The notes beneath the pieces are model-generated. The model did not search any database, had not been told where the DNA came from, and worked only from the letters and a program-made list of their open reading frames with translations. This document shows positions 41,995 through 44,487 of a stretch of DNA of 44,487 nt, one piece after another. The position numbers and the translations under genes were made by a program. Positions within the stretch are counted from its first letter, which is position 1. Each line of letters begins with the position of its first letter. Location of the stretch: assembly GCA_964638485.1 (NCBI GenBank), contig CAZWYX010000001.1:20752-65238 (forward strand). Direction: 5' to 3'. This DNA comes from an uncultured Planctomycetales bacterium. Its GTDB lineage: Bacteria > Omnitrophota > Gorgyraeia > Aquiviventales > CAZWYX01.

Positions 41995-42993
41995 TTATCG
42001 TCTAGCGAGATAGCCGTGCTCGCGAAACCACTGCAGCGCCTGGCGCACCGCTTCCTGAAGCGGTGTCAGCGTCAGGCCCAGTTCGCGCATCGCCTTCGAC
42101 GTCTCCACGTGTTGACCGTAGGCTGAGGCACGCACGGCTTCGAGCGGGATCTTGGCCTCTGGCTGTCGCAGGAGTTTGGCGGCGACCTCGCTCGCATACC
42201 CCACCCCCAGCGCCATCCAGTAGGGAATTTTGATGTGCGGTGGCGGCACACCGGCCTCTGCAGCGACGAGGGTGGTAAAGGCCTTGAGCGTCGTGTTGTA
42301 GCCGCCCAAGATGTAGCGCTCACCGATACGACCGCGCTGCGCCGCCAGGACGTGTCCGCGACCGACGTCACCGGTGTAGATGACGTTAAACCGGTGATCC
42401 AGGTAGAGCGGCAGTTCTCGACGGGCGTACATGAGCAGGAGTTTTCCCGAAAAGGGCTTCCGATCGTACTCGCCGACGCAAAAACTGGGATTGACGATCA
42501 CGATGGGCAGTCCTTCACGCGCATAGCGACGAGCGGCTTCCTCCATCGCCAGCTTCACCGTCCCATAGAGAGGGCGTGATCGCGTGAGCGGCCACGGTTC
42601 GTAATCCTGCTCTGTCGCGAGCCGCCCCTGCACGCGACCGAGCGCGCTCGTCGAACTGGTAAACACGATGCGCTCCAACGACGCCTCACGTGCCACCTCC
42701 ATGACCGCCTGCACGCTCGCCACCCCGCGGGTGATGGCCTGTTGTTTGTCCTCGGAGAACTGCGGATAGTAGCCGGCGCAGTGGAAGAGCCACTGACAGC
42801 CGACCAAGGCTCGACGACAGACCTCACGATCCTCAACCGAGCCGAGCATGATTTCGACGTCGAGGAAGGCCAACACACCCAGTCGCTGCGGCACGCGGCA
42901 GAGTGTGCGCACCTTGACCCCGGCGTTCACCAACGCCTGGGTGACATGCGCCCCAATATGTCCTGTGGCTCCCAAGACCAATGCTTGTGTCAT
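41995..42993 (-). CDS. NAD(P)-dependent epimerase/dehydratase-family SDR
   Basis: Start MTQALVLGATGHIG at 42993. Rossmann GATGHIG. YxxxK region (YGTVKLAME). Confidence 0.8.
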   Translation of the reverse strand: MTQALVLGATGHIGAHVTQALVNAGVKVRTLCRVPQRLGVLAFLDVEIMLGSVEDREVCRRALVGCQWLFHCAGYYPQFSEDKQQAITRGVASVQAVMEVAREASLERIVFTSSTSALGRVQGRLATEQDYEPWPLTRSRPLYGTVKLAMEEAARRYAREGLPIVIVNPSFCVGEYDRKPFSGKLLLMYARRELPLYLDHRFNVIYTGDVGRGHVLAAQRGRIGERYILGGYNTTLKAFTTLVAAEAGVPPPHIKIPYWMALGVGYASEVAAKLLRQPEAKIPLEAVRASAYGQHVETSKAMRELGLTLTPLQEAVRQALQWFREHGYLARR

Positions 42994-43058
42994 GATCAGT
43001 CCTATTGTAGGATGACTTGCAACCTCTCGCAATCACCAATTACACAGGAGACACCACC

Positions 43059-43475
43059 ATGAAATCGTACCGCGAAGAACTCTGGTTCAATACGAAGACG
43101 CGCACCGCTTTCACCAACATCACCACGCAGGTAGAATCGGCGGTCAAGCACAGTGGCGTACGCGAAGGACTCTGCCTCGTCAATGCGATGCACATCACCG
43201 CCAGCGTCTATATCAACGATGACGAGTCGGGACTGCTCAAGGACTACGAGGAGTTTCTCGAGCGGCTGGTCCCCTACGACGTCAAGAAATACCGCCACAA
43301 CTTAACCGGTGAAGACAACGGCGACGCCCACATCAAACGCCAGCTCATGGGCCGCGAGGTGGTCGTGGCGATCACGAAGGGTGCGTTGGATTTTGGGCCG
43401 TGGGAACAAATTTTCTACGGGGAGTTCGATGGACGACGGAAGAAGCGTGTGCTCATCAAAATCATCGGGGAGTAA
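43059..43475 (+). CDS. YjbQ/UPF0047-family protein
   Basis: ATG at 43059 after a CAGGAGA RBS. 138 aa. [12 protein letters not shown]...[15 protein letters not shown]...[15 protein letters not shown]. Confidence 0.8.
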   Translation: MKSYREELWFNTKTRTAFTNITTQVESAVKHSGVREGLCLVNAMHITASVYINDDESGLLKDYEEFLERLVPYDVKKYRHNLTGEDNGDAHIKRQLMGREVVVAITKGALDFGPWEQIFYGEFDGRRKKRVLIKIIGE

Positions 43476-43713
43476 GCTGTGAGTGCGCGTTGAGAGTTCA
43501 GAGTTCAGAGGACCGCGTGCGTTTTGCGTCAAGCGTCGAGGGGCAACGGCCTGCGTAACGTCCAACGTCTCACGTCAGACGTGGGACGAAACGCCCTTCG
43601 TTGCCGCCGGACGTTGGACGCGGGACGACGGTGTGGAGTGTGCAGAGCGCAGAGTTCAGCGTTGAGAGGGCAGAGGGAACCGTGACCAGCGACTAGCGAC
43701 TAGCGACGACGTG
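43476..43713. repeat. 34 consecutive degenerate heptamers in a single register (includes element copy B)
   Basis: Examples: TTGAGAG TTCAGAG TTCAGAG; GCGTAAC GTCCAAC GTCTCAC GTCAGAC GTGGGAC; GGACGTT GGACGCG GGACGAC; AGAGCGC AGAGTTC AGCGTTG AGAGGGC AGAGGGA; CTAGCGA CTAGCGA. Confidence 0.9.
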
Positions 43714-44487
43714 GGGCCGCAGCCACGCCACCACGTCGCGGATGACGCGCGCGGCATCCACCTCGTTGAACAGCTCGTGGTAGAAACCCTCGTAGAAGAG
43801 GAACTGCTTGTCCGCAGTCCCGATGGCGGCCGCCATCTGCCGCGTCGCCTCCACTGATACGAGCCGATCATCGCCGGCTTGGAGCACGAGCGTTGGCACC
43901 GTCAGATGCGTCGCGAGTGCTGCGGCGCGCGCCATGGCGTGGTTCAGCTCGGTGTAGAACCGCGCCGTCACGCGAAAATGGACGAGCGGATCGCGCAAGA
44001 ACCATTCCCGCACGCGCGGGTCATGCGAGAGTACACTCGCATCGGCGCGCGTCCGCTGAAACGCAAACGTCGGCCACCACCGGCTCAGCCAGCGGGCCGT
44101 TCCGTCTTGCCAGCGAGACACGGGTTTGGCCAACCCACAGAGCGGCGATGAGAGTATGAGAGCCGACAGTTCCTGCGGATGTTCCACCGCGTAGTGCAAC
44201 GCGAGCAATCCTCCTAAGCTGTGGCCCAGCAGCACCGGCTGACGGCCTGACGCCTCACGCGCAGCGTGAGTTACACACGCCTCCACATCCTGGAGGAAGG
44301 CTCGCCAGAACTCCACGTGCCCTCGACGGCCGCCCGAGCGTCCCTGCCCGCGGAGATCAAACGCCCACACCGCCAGTCCCTCCGCGGCGAACGCCTCGGC
44401 GGTCTGCGCGTACCGCCCCACATGCTCGCCGCGCCCCTGGACGATGACGACACTCGCCCATCCCGCCTGCGCCGGCGCCCAGTGCTC
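43693..44487 (-). CDS. alpha/beta hydrolase (lysophospholipase/monoacylglycerol-lipase-like), 5' end off the window
   Basis: The frame stays open to the window edge (EHWAPAQAGWASVVIVQGRGEHVGRY...). Nucleophile elbow GHSLGG. The last 5 codons and the stop lie in the heptamer array. Confidence 0.8.
   Translation of the reverse strand, partial: EHWAPAQAGWASVVIVQGRGEHVGRYAQTAEAFAAEGLAVWAFDLRGQGRSGGRRGHVEFWRAFLQDVEACVTHAAREASGRQPVLLGHSLGGLLALHYAVEHPQELSALILSSPLCGLAKPVSRWQDGTARWLSRWWPTFAFQRTRADASVLSHDPRVREWFLRDPLVHFRVTARFYTELNHAMARAAALATHLTVPTLVLQAGDDRLVSVEATRQMAAAIGTADKQFLFYEGFYHELFNEVDAARVIRDVVAWLRPHVVASR

Noticed and set aside
43476-43713. The heptamer arrays (here and at 8231, 10495, 23485, 33194 and 41840) as CRISPR arrays.
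   Set aside because: The period is 7 nt with no repeat-spacer organisation and no 24-40-nt repeats. No cas genes are present.

Overview
High-GC bacterial chromosomal window; I cannot name the taxon from sequence alone. It holds about 58 protein genes, mostly on the minus strand and tightly packed, with many ATGA/TGATG stop-start overlaps. Left to right: a partial aldo/keto reductase; a PDZ protein; a Bat-like MoxR-DUF58-BatA/VWA operon preceded by a 737-aa low-complexity membrane protein; an ECF sigma/anti-sigma cluster; thiO; leuCD; an msrB-arfB-msrA cluster; an FKBP isomerase. Next is a 1.7-kb insertion bounded by 85-bp perfect direct repeats. It carries a DUF2283/toxin-like pair and a stand-alone FTP-PepSY protein. 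Then come a CysO/MoaD-like Ubl fused to a MoeZ-type E1-rhodanese beside cysM, and a complete Rrf2-sufCBD-Rieske-sufSUT operon. After these: lipA/lipB/lpdA interrupted by a RelE/ParE pair; an M28 peptidase; a CaCA-like transporter; and an HTH-histidine kinase-HD-receiver operon. That operon's leader RNA matches both halves of the c-di-GMP-I (GEMM-I) aptamer but is split by a ~93-nt insertion. The window ends with a rhodanese, an SDR epimerase, YjbQ and a partial alpha/beta hydrolase. I saw no rRNA, tRNA, CRISPR array, transposase or integrase. The most unusual non-genic signal: at least six spacers are built of degenerate tandem heptanucleotides held in one 7-nt register for 50-240 nt. Two of them share a conserved ~38-nt core, and one array lies inside the predicted lipB N-terminus. 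All functional calls come from reading motifs by eye; no database search was possible.
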